Shown here in pieces: positions 9,245 to 17,932 of a stretch of DNA of 64,000 bases. Under the pieces are notes generated by a model. It searched no databases. It saw nothing but the letters and a program-made list of their open reading frames with translations, and was not told the origin of the DNA. Positions within the stretch are counted from its first letter, which is position 1. The number at the start of each line of letters is the position of its first letter. Position numbers and translations under genes: made by a program. The stretch is from assembly GCF_016720345.1 (NCBI RefSeq), contig NZ_JADKKV010000001.1. One strand, 5' to 3'. Source of the stretch: Thermomonas sp. (GTDB taxonomy: Bacteria > Pseudomonadota > Gammaproteobacteria > Xanthomonadales > Xanthomonadaceae).

Positions 9245-12200
9245 TCATTCGAGGATCACGTTCGGCACCTCGGCGCGCGCGGTGCTTGCGCCCAGGTACT
9301 GCTTCATTTCGTCGGACAGTTCGACCTGCAGGAACACCCGTGCGCTGCGGAACCTCGCGGCCGCCAGCTTCTGCCGCAGTTCGCCCCACTGCGCCGGGCT
9401 GTAGCTTTCGCGGAAGTCCTCCGCGGTGAACGCGTGCACGCCGCCGGAGAACTCCTCGATCAGGCGCGCGAAGCCTTCCGGGCCGGCATAGATCCGGGTC
9501 AGGCTGACCTCCTCGACCGGGGCCTCGACCGCCTGCATCTCGCTGGTCGCGGGATCGAATTCCTGGGTCGGTTCGGCAACCTCGTCCGGCGGCAACGCGA
9601 AACTCACGCGGATGCTTGCCTGCAGGCAGCTGGATGGCGACCAGAACACCTGCGCCTTGGCATCCGCCAGTGACTCGCCGGCGGAGCTGGCGCGATAGCT
9701 GCGTTCGCGGCACTCCACCTCGAACACGGTGCCGGCCTCGCCCTCGTCCAGCGCCCCGAGTTCGCTCGGCGCGGCCAGGGTGAAACTGCCGGCGAGGAAC
9801 GGCGGACCGTCGTCGAGCACCGGCAGGAACTTGCGCTCGGATGCGACCATCGCCTGGTACCCCGGGGTCAGCGGCATCGAAACCCCGCCGACCTTCACCG
9901 GCAGCCGTTCCTTCTCGGTGATGAAGGGCTTGAGCCAGTCGTTGACGAACGCGCCGAGCTTGCCCTGCTGGCCGTACAGCGCCTCGATCTGCTGGTCCTC
10001 CGGCAGCGCCGCCAGCGGCTTGACCACGCTTTCGCGCCAACGCTCCTGCACGAATTCGCCGGCGCGGTGGACGGTCAGGAACAGCAGCAGCTTCGAGGGT
10101 CCCTGCACCACCGACCAGGCGCCGAAGTCGTCGCCCTTGAACGCGGTGGCGAACGCCTCGCCCGGCTTGTCCACCGCCTCGATCAGCGCGGTGTAGTCGC
10201 TGGCCGGCGGCTTGTCGGCCTTGCCCTTGCTGGCGAACAGGTCGGAGGCGATCTGGTAGACGTCCTCGCCGGAGCCCTCCGCCTGCAGCCGCAGGTAGGC
10301 GCGGGCGAAGGTGGCCTGCTCGCCGGCCAGCACCCGCGCCTGGGTGTCGTGCATCGCCAGCAGCCAGACCGGTGGCGCGATGCTTTCGCCGCCGAACCGG
10401 AACGAGTCCGCCACGAACCGACCGAACGGCCGCCACGAGGACAGCCACCTCGACTTCATCTGCAACCAGGTCGCTGCCCAGCGCGACGAGAGCGGCCAAT
10501 CCAGCGGCAGCTCATACAGGTGGCGCTGGGCGGCGCGAAAAAAAAAGTCGTAGGGATTCTGGTGGCTGGCGGCACGCGCCAGCAGGTCGCCGTAGTGGCC
10601 GCGCCACAGGCCGATGCCGTTGCCGAAGCGGGCCTGGAACTTCGCCCAGCTGGCGAAGTAGTCGCGGAAATAGGTGCTGCGCAGGTCGTCGATGCGCGCC
10701 TGCCTGTCCGGGGCCTGCTCGTGCAGCGTCGCCAGCATCGGCTGCACGATGCCTTCCCAGGCGTCGCGGGTGTAGGCCTGCGACACCGTCACCGCCTGCC
10801 CCGCCTCGGTGCCGACGACCGCGCCTTCCGGCAGCCAGAAGTGCGCGAGGTCGATGCCGGCCTCGCGTCCGTCGGCCCATTTCCGCAGGTCGGCGGCGCG
10901 CGGGGTATAGCCCGCGAGCAGCTTGCTCAGCAGGCCCTGGAGGCGGTCGTGCTCGGCGTCAAGGACGTTTTTTTTTTGCCAGCGCAGGTAGCCGAGGTAG
11001 GTCGCGAACAGGGCCGATGCGTTGTCGCGGTCCCGCCTGGTGTTGTTGTCGTGGCTGCGGAACGGCGCGAACAGGCGCGAACGCGCGTCGAAGCTGACGT
11101 TGTTCGGCAGCTCGCGCTGGCGGCAGCCGTCGTCGTTGCTGCGGCATTCCTCGAGCAGGCGCAGGCGCTGGGTGATCGCCAGCACGTGCTCGATGCCGGC
11201 GCGGCCCTGGTTGATGTCGGTCGCCAGCATCTGGTCCTCGGGCGCGAGGATCAGGTTGTTGAAGTCCTCGATCACCCGCTGCTTGAGGCGGTCGATGTCG
11301 CTGTCTGCACGGCGGATGCCGAAGCTGAGCAGGGTGTCGCCGGCCGCGGCCTCCAGCGACTCGATGGTGCGCCCGCAACCGGCCACCCACTCGATGCGCC
11401 CGCTGGACGTGCGGTCCGCGACCTCCGCGCAGGCGCTGCGGGTCTGCGCCAGCAGCGCGGTGTCGTCGCGCCGCGCCGAGGACAGCCCATAGGCGATCGA
11501 CGCCGACAGCCCCAGCATCGCCAGCACCCCGACCCCGGCCACCGCCATCCGCCCGGCGTTGCCGCGGAAACTGGTGCCGGCCAGTGGCTGGTCGCTGGGC
11601 AGGAAACGGGTGAACAGGTCGGCGACGAACGCACCACCGCGGTGCGCGGCATCCGCGCTGCCGGCGAAGTACAGGCCACGCCAGCGCGGGGTGCGCTGGA
11701 ACGGGTTGTCTTCCAGCATCAGGGTGACGAACAGCGACAAGCCCTGCTGCGCCTGCCGCAGCGATTCGACGAAGTCGAACACCGCGCGGCGCTGGGTGGC
11801 GGTCGCCTGCGCGCGCAGGGCGGTCATCCGCAACGCGTGCAGGCGATCCTCGATCGGCTTCAGGATCTCGTCGACCCGGCCGCTGCTGGCGGCGCTCACC
11901 ACTTCGCTGTCGGCGAACCGGTGGCCCAGCGCCTGCGCGAACGCCTCGGCCGGCAGGGTCGCGCGGACCTGCGCATAGCCCGGCAGGCGGTCGAGGCCGC
12001 TGACCACGAAATACACCGGCATCTGCACCTGCAGGTGCTCCATCGCCTCGTCGACCAGCCGGCGCAGCCGGGTCGCGGTGTCCTTCAGCCGGTCGGCCGG
12101 CCCCAGCAGCGACTGCGCCGCGACCGCGACCACGATGCCGTTCAGCGGCAGCTTCTCGCGCTCGTCGGCGAGCTTCATCAGCGACTGGTACCACAGGCCG

Positions 12201-12841
12201 CGGTCGAGCCGCGCATTGGTGTCGGCGACCACCCGCGGGTGCATCTCGATCGCGATCATCGACTTGAAGAACCACCAGCGCCAGACATCGTCGGGATCCA
12301 TCTCCTCCTTGTCCGGCGGCGGGAACGGCGAGACCTCGCAACCTGCGCGCAGCAGCCCGTCGACATCGGCGGCCTGGTCGCCGACGAACAGCAGCCACGG
12401 AATGCGGTACAGCGGCGCGCGGCCCTTGTCGATGTCCGGCGAGCGCGCGATGGTGCGCTTGGCCTCGGCGATCGCCGCGCCCATCCTCTGCAGCGGCTCG
12501 CGCTCGTCCTCGGCATTGCCCGGGCCGAGGTCGCCGATGCGCTTGCGCGTGCGCCCCTTCAGCGAGGCCTTGCGCTGGCCCGAGGTGAACCACCACAGCA
12601 CCACCAGCGCGACCAGGCAGATCGCCAGCACCTGCCAGAAGCGCATCGGCACCAGCGGGACCAGGGCCAGCCCGAGGAACACCAGCCCGGCGAGTACCAC
12701 CAGCAGCACCAGGGTGACCACGATCCGGCGCAGCCATGGCTTCCTGGCGGTGTCGGAGCCCTGCTGGTACAGGTAGCCGATCCGCGAAAACACCGAGCCG
12801 ATGCTCGAGAACAGGCGTTCGACGAAGTCCAGCGGATTCAT
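9245..12841 (-). CDS. tssM: T6SS membrane complex subunit TssM (IcmF family)
   Basis: The real start is ATG 12841 (MNPLDFVERLF), in an ATGA overlap with the tssL stop. The 1517-aa track ORF upstream of this is an out-of-frame shadow across tssL. Features are N-terminal TM helices (VVTLVLLVVLAGLVFLGLALV, VLAICLVALVVLWWF), a later TM (MAVAGVGVLAMLGLSASIAYGL) and IcmF-like blocks (LYRIPWLLFVG, RGLYFAGSA). About 1198 aa. Confidence 0.9.
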   Translation of the reverse strand: MNPLDFVERLFSSIGSVFSRIGYLYQQGSDTARKPWLRRIVVTLVLLVVLAGLVFLGLALVPLVPMRFWQVLAICLVALVVLWWFTSGQRKASLKGRTRKRIGDLGPGNAEDEREPLQRMGAAIAEAKRTIARSPDIDKGRAPLYRIPWLLFVGDQAADVDGLLRAGCEVSPFPPPDKEEMDPDDVWRWWFFKSMIAIEMHPRVVADTNARLDRGLWYQSLMKLADEREKLPLNGIVVAVAAQSLLGPADRLKDTATRLRRLVDEAMEHLQVQMPVYFVVSGLDRLPGYAQVRATLPAEAFAQALGHRFADSEVVSAASSGRVDEILKPIEDRLHALRMTALRAQATATQRRAVFDFVESLRQAQQGLSLFVTLMLEDNPFQRTPRWRGLYFAGSADAAHRGGAFVADLFTRFLPSDQPLAGTSFRGNAGRMAVAGVGVLAMLGLSASIAYGLSSARRDDTALLAQTRSACAEVADRTSSGRIEWVAGCGRTIESLEAAAGDTLLSFGIRRADSDIDRLKQRVIEDFNNLILAPEDQMLATDINQGRAGIEHVLAITQRLRLLEECRSNDDGCRQRELPNNVSFDARSRLFAPFRSHDNNTRRDRDNASALFATYLGYLRWQKKNVLDAEHDRLQGLLSKLLAGYTPRAADLRKWADGREAGIDLAHFWLPEGAVVGTEAGQAVTVSQAYTRDAWEGIVQPMLATLHEQAPDRQARIDDLRSTYFRDYFASWAKFQARFGNGIGLWRGHYGDLLARAASHQNPYDFFFRAAQRHLYELPLDWPLSSRWAATWLQMKSRWLSSWRPFGRFVADSFRFGGESIAPPVWLLAMHDTQARVLAGEQATFARAYLRLQAEGSGEDVYQIASDLFASKGKADKPPASDYTALIEAVDKPGEAFATAFKGDDFGAWSVVQGPSKLLLFLTVHRAGEFVQERWRESVVKPLAALPEDQQIEALYGQQGKLGAFVNDWLKPFITEKERLPVKVGGVSMPLTPGYQAMVASERKFLPVLDDGPPFLAGSFTLAAPSELGALDEGEAGTVFEVECRERSYRASSAGESLADAKAQVFWSPSSCLQASIRVSFALPPDEVAEPTQEFDPATSEMQAVEAPVEEVSLTRIYAGPEGFARLIEEFSGGVHAFTAEDFRESYSPAQWGELRQKLAAARFRSARVFLQVELSDEMKQYLGASTARAEVPNVILE
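10538..10546. repeat. A9 homopolymer (T9 on the coding strand) inside tssM
   Basis: cgcgAAAAAAAAAgtcg. On the coding strand this is GAC TTT TTT TTT CGC (DFFFR), three consecutive rare TTT codons in a gene whose third positions are otherwise almost all G/C. Confidence 0.95.
10968..10977. repeat. T10 homopolymer (A10 on the coding strand) inside tssM
   Basis: gacgTTTTTTTTTTgcc. On the coding strand this is TGG CAA AAA AAA AAC (WQKKN), using rare CAA and AAA codons. Confidence 0.95.
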
Positions 12842-14169
12842 CGTGCGGGCTCCGTCTGCATGAACAGGTAGGTCGCGGCGAGCCTGGCGTTGCCGCGGTT
12901 GGCGTCCAGCATCTGCCGCAGCTTCGGCAGGTATTCCTCGGCGGTCTGGATCTCCGGCAGCGCCTCCGCGTACAGCGGCGTCGGCGAGGCGATCACGGTG
13001 ATCAGCTCCTGCCCGAACGGCGCCGAAACGGTCCAGGTCTTGGACGGGGTGGCGCCGACCTCGAATTGCTCGGCCGACTGGATCAGGCGGCCGCTGTCGG
13101 GCTCGCCGGTGTTCGGGTACATGTGCGCGACCGCGCCGTTGACGGTGTAGTAGTCCACGTACAGGTAGCCGTCGTAGTTCGCCTGCTGCAGCTTGACGAT
13201 CACGTTTTCGTTCTCGATGAAGCGATCCGAATGCCCGGTGCTCGGGGTGATCGACAGGCCGTAGCCGCTGTCGCTGTTGCGCGCCTGGTACTGGGCCAGG
13301 ATCTTCACCACTTCGCAGTGCGGCCAGATCCGCAGCTGCACGTTCACGGCGGAGGACTTCACGCCTTCCACCCCGTCCACGCGCTGCTTGACCGCGGCGA
13401 TGTCGTCGGCGCGGGAGACGTAGCCATCGACCTTGACCGTGCCCTTGTCCTCGTCCGCGCTGACCGCGAGGTCCGAGCACGGGAACGCGGCCAGCGCCTG
13501 CTGCACCGGCACGGTGATCGTCGGCTTCGGCGCCGCCAGCAGGATGTACACGAGATAGGCCAGCGGGATCAGCAGCGCGACCAGCGCGCCGATGCGCAGC
13601 AGGGTGCGATCCCACTGGCGGGGATACTTGGGGCCGCCGGGATCGGCCACGCCGTAGGGCTGCGGGGTGATCTTCTCCTCGCGCAGGGTATGGATCGGCG
13701 CCGGCGCGACCGGCAACTGGCGCCCGTGCAGTTCCTTCAGCTTGCCGAGCTCGCCGGTGTCGCCGTTCTCGTAGTAGTACTGGCCGACGAATCCGCACAG
13801 CATCGCGTGGTAGTACACCTCGCGCACTTCGTCCTGGTCCTGCTTCAGCGCCGACAGGTGCTGGAAGAATTCGTTGCCGGCGTTGTTGGTGTTGAACATG
13901 GTGACCTGCAGCGGGATGCTGCCGGTCAGGTAGGCGGGGTTGCGCGCCATGATCTCGTCGATCCAGGCCACCACCGCGAACGCCGCGCCATCGGCCTGCT
14001 CCGGGCGCTTGCCATCGGCCAGCGCCGCCGACTTGGCGCGGTCGATCAGCTCGCGCGCCCGCGCGGTCACCGCCGCCGCGGCCTCGCTGGCCTGGTTGGC
14101 GGTGACTTTCTCGTCCAGCGCCAGGCCGAACGAGAACACCGGGAGGAAGTGATGCAGGAGTCGGGACAT
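12838..14169 (-). CDS. tssL: T6SS membrane subunit TssL (DotU family) with C-terminal BON-like and DUF4384-like periplasmic domains
   Basis: 443 aa with a DotU-like cytoplasmic part (FAVVAWIDEI...FFQHL...EVYYHAMLCGFVGQYYY) and a single TM (LLRIGALVALLIPLAYLVYILLAA). A BON-like segment follows (GTVKVDGYVSRADDIAAVKQRVDGVEGVKSSAVNVQL), then a DUF4384-like segment (NYDGYLYVDYYTVNGAVAHMYPN...PFGQELITVIAS). No OmpA/Pal-type motif. Confidence 0.88.
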   Translation of the reverse strand: MSRLLHHFLPVFSFGLALDEKVTANQASEAAAAVTARARELIDRAKSAALADGKRPEQADGAAFAVVAWIDEIMARNPAYLTGSIPLQVTMFNTNNAGNEFFQHLSALKQDQDEVREVYYHAMLCGFVGQYYYENGDTGELGKLKELHGRQLPVAPAPIHTLREEKITPQPYGVADPGGPKYPRQWDRTLLRIGALVALLIPLAYLVYILLAAPKPTITVPVQQALAAFPCSDLAVSADEDKGTVKVDGYVSRADDIAAVKQRVDGVEGVKSSAVNVQLRIWPHCEVVKILAQYQARNSDSGYGLSITPSTGHSDRFIENENVIVKLQQANYDGYLYVDYYTVNGAVAHMYPNTGEPDSGRLIQSAEQFEVGATPSKTWTVSAPFGQELITVIASPTPLYAEALPEIQTAEEYLPKLRQMLDANRGNARLAATYLFMQTEPAR

Positions 14170-14185
14170 GCGTTCAGTCCTGCCT

Positions 14186-15604
14186 TCAGTCTTGGGTGGC
14201 GACCGGGAACAGCTTGATCACGGTCGAGTCGGACGGCAGGTCCGAGAACACCGCGATGTTGCGGCCGTTCTTGATCATCTGCCAGAAGGGATGGGTGGTA
14301 TCGACCAGGAAATAGGTGGTGTTCGGGCTCTTCTGCGGCAGCTCTTCCGGCGGCACCGGCAGCAGGTCGATCTTCAGCCCGAACAGCGCCGCGGACAGCA
14401 GCCGCGGCATCTCGTCCATCGAGGCGATCTTGCCGGTGCGCGACAGCCGCGCGAACAGGTCGGCGCCCTTCTGCTCCGACTCGAACGCCAGGTAGAAGCG
14501 GGTCTTGTCGTTCTCGAACAGGTTGGCGGGCAGGTCGGCGCGGTAGAAACGACCGTCGAACGCGAGGGTGATGCCGACCTCCGCACCGACGGTCAGCGCC
14601 TTGATCAGCGCCTCCGCGCGGTCGAAGCCGATCCGGAAGCAGCGCCGGAGGTCCTCGTGGTCGTAGTCCGGCAGCTCGGTCTCGCGCGGCTTGCCGGCAA
14701 GCTCGCCGAAGTAGCCGATGTCCTCCGAGAACACCGAGAACTCCGCCACCAGCCGGCGCAGGTCCTGGTACATCGCGTACGCCGACACCGCGTTCAGCCG
14801 CGCGTGCTCCTGGAACAGGGTGATATGGCGGGCGAAGGTCTGCATCATCACCACCCGCATCACCTCCTGCGCACTGGTGGAGGCCGCGCGGATGCCGCGC
14901 TGGCGCTTCACCGAGGCGAAGTCCTGCCCGCGCGAGACCAGCAGGTCGCGCAGCGCGCGGGTCCAGCGCGCCAGGTTGTGCGCGGCGCCGATCGCGGTGG
15001 CCGGCGGGATGTAGTCGAGCGAAAGCTTGAACTTGCCGGGGCCGGCGGGCAGCAGTTCGGCGAACTTGTAGCTGTCGGAGGAGCGCACGATCACCTCGGC
15101 GTTCTCGTCCAGCCCGGTGACGATGTTCGGCTGGTACAGCAGGAAGTCGACGTCGGCCGCCGGCGCCTGCGGATCGAACGGATCGGCCAGGCTGTCGGTG
15201 GCCAGCGCGTGCCGCGCCAGCAGCCGTTCGGATTCGCGCGTGGCCAGGCCCTGGATCGCGCGCTCGCGGTTGAACACCAGCCACGCCGGGATCGGGTCGT
15301 TGCTGCCCGTCGCCAGCTCGGCGATGTTGCGCTGGGGCACGCGGGTGTTGCCGCCGGCGGTGTCCAGCGATCCGCCGACCAGGCGCTCGCCGTCGCGGGT
15401 CACCAGCGCGAACCGCTCGATGTCGATCACCCCGCTGCCGAGCGCATCCTCGCGCAGGCGCAGCGCCTCGTAGCCCCATGGGAACGGCGTCAGCCGCAGG
15501 TGCAGCGAATGCCGGCCGGCCTGATGCCACGCGTCCTGCGCCTGCAGGTGCTGCGGACTCAGGAACGCGCCCTGCCCCCAATGGACTTGTCGATCACCAC
15601 TCAT
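14186..15604 (-). CDS. tssK: T6SS baseplate subunit TssK
   Basis: The start is ATG 15604 (MSGDRQVHWGQGAFLSPQHLQAQD, the canonical TssK N-terminus). The track ORF (566 aa) extends upstream, out of frame over the neighbouring gene. About 472 aa. Confidence 0.9.
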   Translation of the reverse strand: MSGDRQVHWGQGAFLSPQHLQAQDAWHQAGRHSLHLRLTPFPWGYEALRLREDALGSGVIDIERFALVTRDGERLVGGSLDTAGGNTRVPQRNIAELATGSNDPIPAWLVFNRERAIQGLATRESERLLARHALATDSLADPFDPQAPAADVDFLLYQPNIVTGLDENAEVIVRSSDSYKFAELLPAGPGKFKLSLDYIPPATAIGAAHNLARWTRALRDLLVSRGQDFASVKRQRGIRAASTSAQEVMRVVMMQTFARHITLFQEHARLNAVSAYAMYQDLRRLVAEFSVFSEDIGYFGELAGKPRETELPDYDHEDLRRCFRIGFDRAEALIKALTVGAEVGITLAFDGRFYRADLPANLFENDKTRFYLAFESEQKGADLFARLSRTGKIASMDEMPRLLSAALFGLKIDLLPVPPEELPQKSPNTTYFLVDTTHPFWQMIKNGRNIAVFSDLPSDSTVIKLFPVATQD

Positions 15605-15695
15605 GCCGTCGCTCCAACCGATGCCTCGGGCATGGCTTGCCCGCCGCTGTTGCCGTGTGTACGTGGCCCACCCCAGGTGCAACGCAATCCGGTGC

Positions 15696-16949
15696 TCATA
15701 GCGGCATCGCCTCCACCAGGTAGCCATCACGACGCAGCGCCGCGAGCAGGCCCTCGGCGCCGGCAAGGTGCACCGCGCCAACCGCCACCAGGCAGGGCCC
15801 GTCCTGGAACAGCGTTTCCAGCTGGCCGATCCAGCGTGCGTTGCGGTCTTCCAGCAGGCACCGGCGTGCGCGTTGCTCGATCGCACGCGCCTCGTCGCTC
15901 AGCCCTTGCATGCGGTCGATGTCGGCCAGCCACGCATCCAGGTTGCGCGCGCGATACCAGGCCATCGCCTGCGCCGACTCGATGCGCAGCACCCACGATG
16001 CCCGCAGGCGTTCGTCGAGCACCCGCGAATGTTCCTCCGCGGGCACGCAGTCAAGCGCCTGCAGTTGCTGCTCCAGGGTCTCCAGGTGCAGCACGCGCTT
16101 GCCGGCGCCTGCCGCCATCCGCTGCAGGCGTGCGTCCATGGTGGCGTCGCCGCCGGTTTCGCCGCGTGCCTCCAGCAGCGCCAGCACCGACCACGGCTTC
16201 ATCCGGTCGAGGTCCTGCGCGCGCACGTTCGGCAGCAGTGCGCGTGCCTGCGCGAAGCCGTCCTTGCCGACCAGGTTCGACAGCGGGCTCTGTTCCGGCA
16301 GCCAGCGATAGCCGTCGAGTTCGGGCTTCCAGGCCTCGTCCAGGTTCGCTTCGTTGACGAAGGTGTCGACCTCCGCCAGCGTCTGCTGCAGCTGCGCGTA
16401 GTCGATGCCCTGCTCTTCCGGGGTACCGAAGTGGATGGTCGCCAACAGGTAGCTGGCGCGCATCGGCGCGGGTGCTGCCGGCGCTGGCGTCGGCATTGGC
16501 GCGGGATCGCCGGCACTCGCCGTCGCAGGCGGTGCCGGCGAGTCGCCCTGCGCCTGCAGCGCCTCCGCCGGCAGCAGGGTCGCCGCCGGCGGGGTCACCC
16601 GGAACAGCACGCCGCGCAGCACGGGCGCGACCGGCAACCGTGGCGCGATGCTGGCGGGCACGGCATCGCCTGCCGCCAGCGCCTGCGGCGCAGCCGATGA
16701 TTGCGAAACCGGATCCGTGGGCGGCAGTTGCGAGGCCACCGCATCGGTCGCCGCCTGCGCGGACACGCCGCGGGTCTGCGCATCCTGCAGTTGCGGTTGC
16801 GGCGGTTGCGAAGCCTGTGCCGCCGACGGGGCGTCCTGCGGCGGCACGCCGGCGGACACCGCCGCCGACAGCAGCATCGCAGGCAGCAGGCCGCATGCAC
16901 TGCTGCGTGCGTGCGTCTGGACTGCGCGCTGGCGTGCCGCGTGGGTCAT
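15696..16949 (-). CDS. exported TraB/GumN (Tiki-like) family protein with a long Pro/Ala/Gln-rich linker
   Basis: The likely start is ATG 16949 (MTHAARQ...ACGLLPAMLLSAAVSAGV, signal-peptide-like). About 170 aa of low-complexity P/A/Q follow. The TraB/GumN signatures are YLLATIHFG near the domain start and VAVGAVHLAGAEGLLAALRRDGYLVE at the C-terminus. It is the first gene of the string that continues into tssK-tssL-tssM. Confidence 0.7.
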   Translation of the reverse strand: MTHAARQRAVQTHARSSACGLLPAMLLSAAVSAGVPPQDAPSAAQASQPPQPQLQDAQTRGVSAQAATDAVASQLPPTDPVSQSSAAPQALAAGDAVPASIAPRLPVAPVLRGVLFRVTPPAATLLPAEALQAQGDSPAPPATASAGDPAPMPTPAPAAPAPMRASYLLATIHFGTPEEQGIDYAQLQQTLAEVDTFVNEANLDEAWKPELDGYRWLPEQSPLSNLVGKDGFAQARALLPNVRAQDLDRMKPWSVLALLEARGETGGDATMDARLQRMAAGAGKRVLHLETLEQQLQALDCVPAEEHSRVLDERLRASWVLRIESAQAMAWYRARNLDAWLADIDRMQGLSDEARAIEQRARRCLLEDRNARWIGQLETLFQDGPCLVAVGAVHLAGAEGLLAALRRDGYLVEAMPL

Positions 16950-17157
16950 TGGGGCATTCGTTCGCAGCGCCCGCGGGGCGCGATGCAACGCATCTTTGGC
17001 GAGCGCGCCGCGCGCAACCATATGTCGGAGGAGCTATGCCGTTGGAACGGCGCATCCGTATTGATGACCGCTGGTGGCGCGGAATATCGTGAACACCCGA
17101 GAGCGCGGTTGCGTTCGCCACATCGCGCGTGGAGACACCACCCATGAAGGTGCCGCA

Positions 17158-17826
17158 ATGAAGGTGCTCATCGCGGACGACCATCGCCTGATCATCGAGG
17201 GCGTCAAGATCAAGCTCGCCGAGCTTGATCCGGCGCTGGAAGCGGTGGTGGCGATGAACCTGGAAGAGCTGGACCGGGCGGTCGCCGCGCATGCGCACGA
17301 ACTCGACCTCGCGCTGGTCGACATCGCGATGCCCGGCACCCATGGCTTCGAGCACGTGGCGCGGCTGCGGTCGCAGGCACCGGCGCTGCCGGTGATCGTG
17401 CTGTCCGGCTCGGAGGACGTCGAACTGATGCGCGCCCTGATCGACCTCGGCGTGCTCGGCTTCATCCCCAAGGCGTATTCGCCCGAGGTCATGCTCTCGG
17501 CGATCCGGCTGGTGCTGGCTGGCGGCATCTACGTCCCGCCACTGCTGCTGGCGAATGCGCAGGCGCAAGGGTGGCAGCCGAGCGAGGCGCCGGCGGCGGA
17601 GGGCGCGCCCTCGCGCTCGATCGATGGCCTGCGCAACCTGCTGACCGAACGCCAGATCGACGTGATGCGCCTGCTCTCGCAGGGCAAGCCGAACAAGCTG
17701 ATCGCGCGCGACCTCGGGATCAGCGAGGGCACGGTGAAGATCCACCTGGCGGCGATCTTCCGCGCGCTGAACGTGCGCAACCGGGTCGAGGCGGTGGTCG
17801 CTTCGCGCAAGCTGCAGGGCCTGTAG
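17158..17826 (+). CDS. NarL/FixJ-type response regulator (REC + LuxR HTH)
   Basis: ATG 17158 (MKVLIADDHRLIIEG); phospho-acceptor context LALVDIAMPG; LuxR HTH LTERQIDVMRLLSQGKPNKLIARDLGISEGTVKIHLAAIFRALNVRNRVEA. It is divergent from the TraB-like/tssK operon. Confidence 0.9.
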   Translation: MKVLIADDHRLIIEGVKIKLAELDPALEAVVAMNLEELDRAVAAHAHELDLALVDIAMPGTHGFEHVARLRSQAPALPVIVLSGSEDVELMRALIDLGVLGFIPKAYSPEVMLSAIRLVLAGGIYVPPLLLANAQAQGWQPSEAPAAEGAPSRSIDGLRNLLTERQIDVMRLLSQGKPNKLIARDLGISEGTVKIHLAAIFRALNVRNRVEAVVASRKLQGL

Positions 17827-17932
17827 CACCCCAGTCCGCGGGCCATAGTGCGTCCGCCGTATTGTCCGCGGATTCGCGCGGGCGCAGCCTGAGCACGTAT
17901 GCACGGCCCGCACGCGGCCGTGGAGGCTCGCC

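Noticed and set aside
9245-13798. 1517-aa ORF suggesting a giant TssM with an N-terminal extension
   Set aside because: The first ~320 aa are Arg/Ala/Gly/Pro junk lying out of frame over tssL. A canonical TssM N-terminus starts at ATG 12841, in an ATGA overlap with the tssL stop. Analogous upstream extensions of tssK, tssC, clpV, argH, argC, argF', cysS, folE2, gph, ubiG and the MFS gene were trimmed for the same reason.
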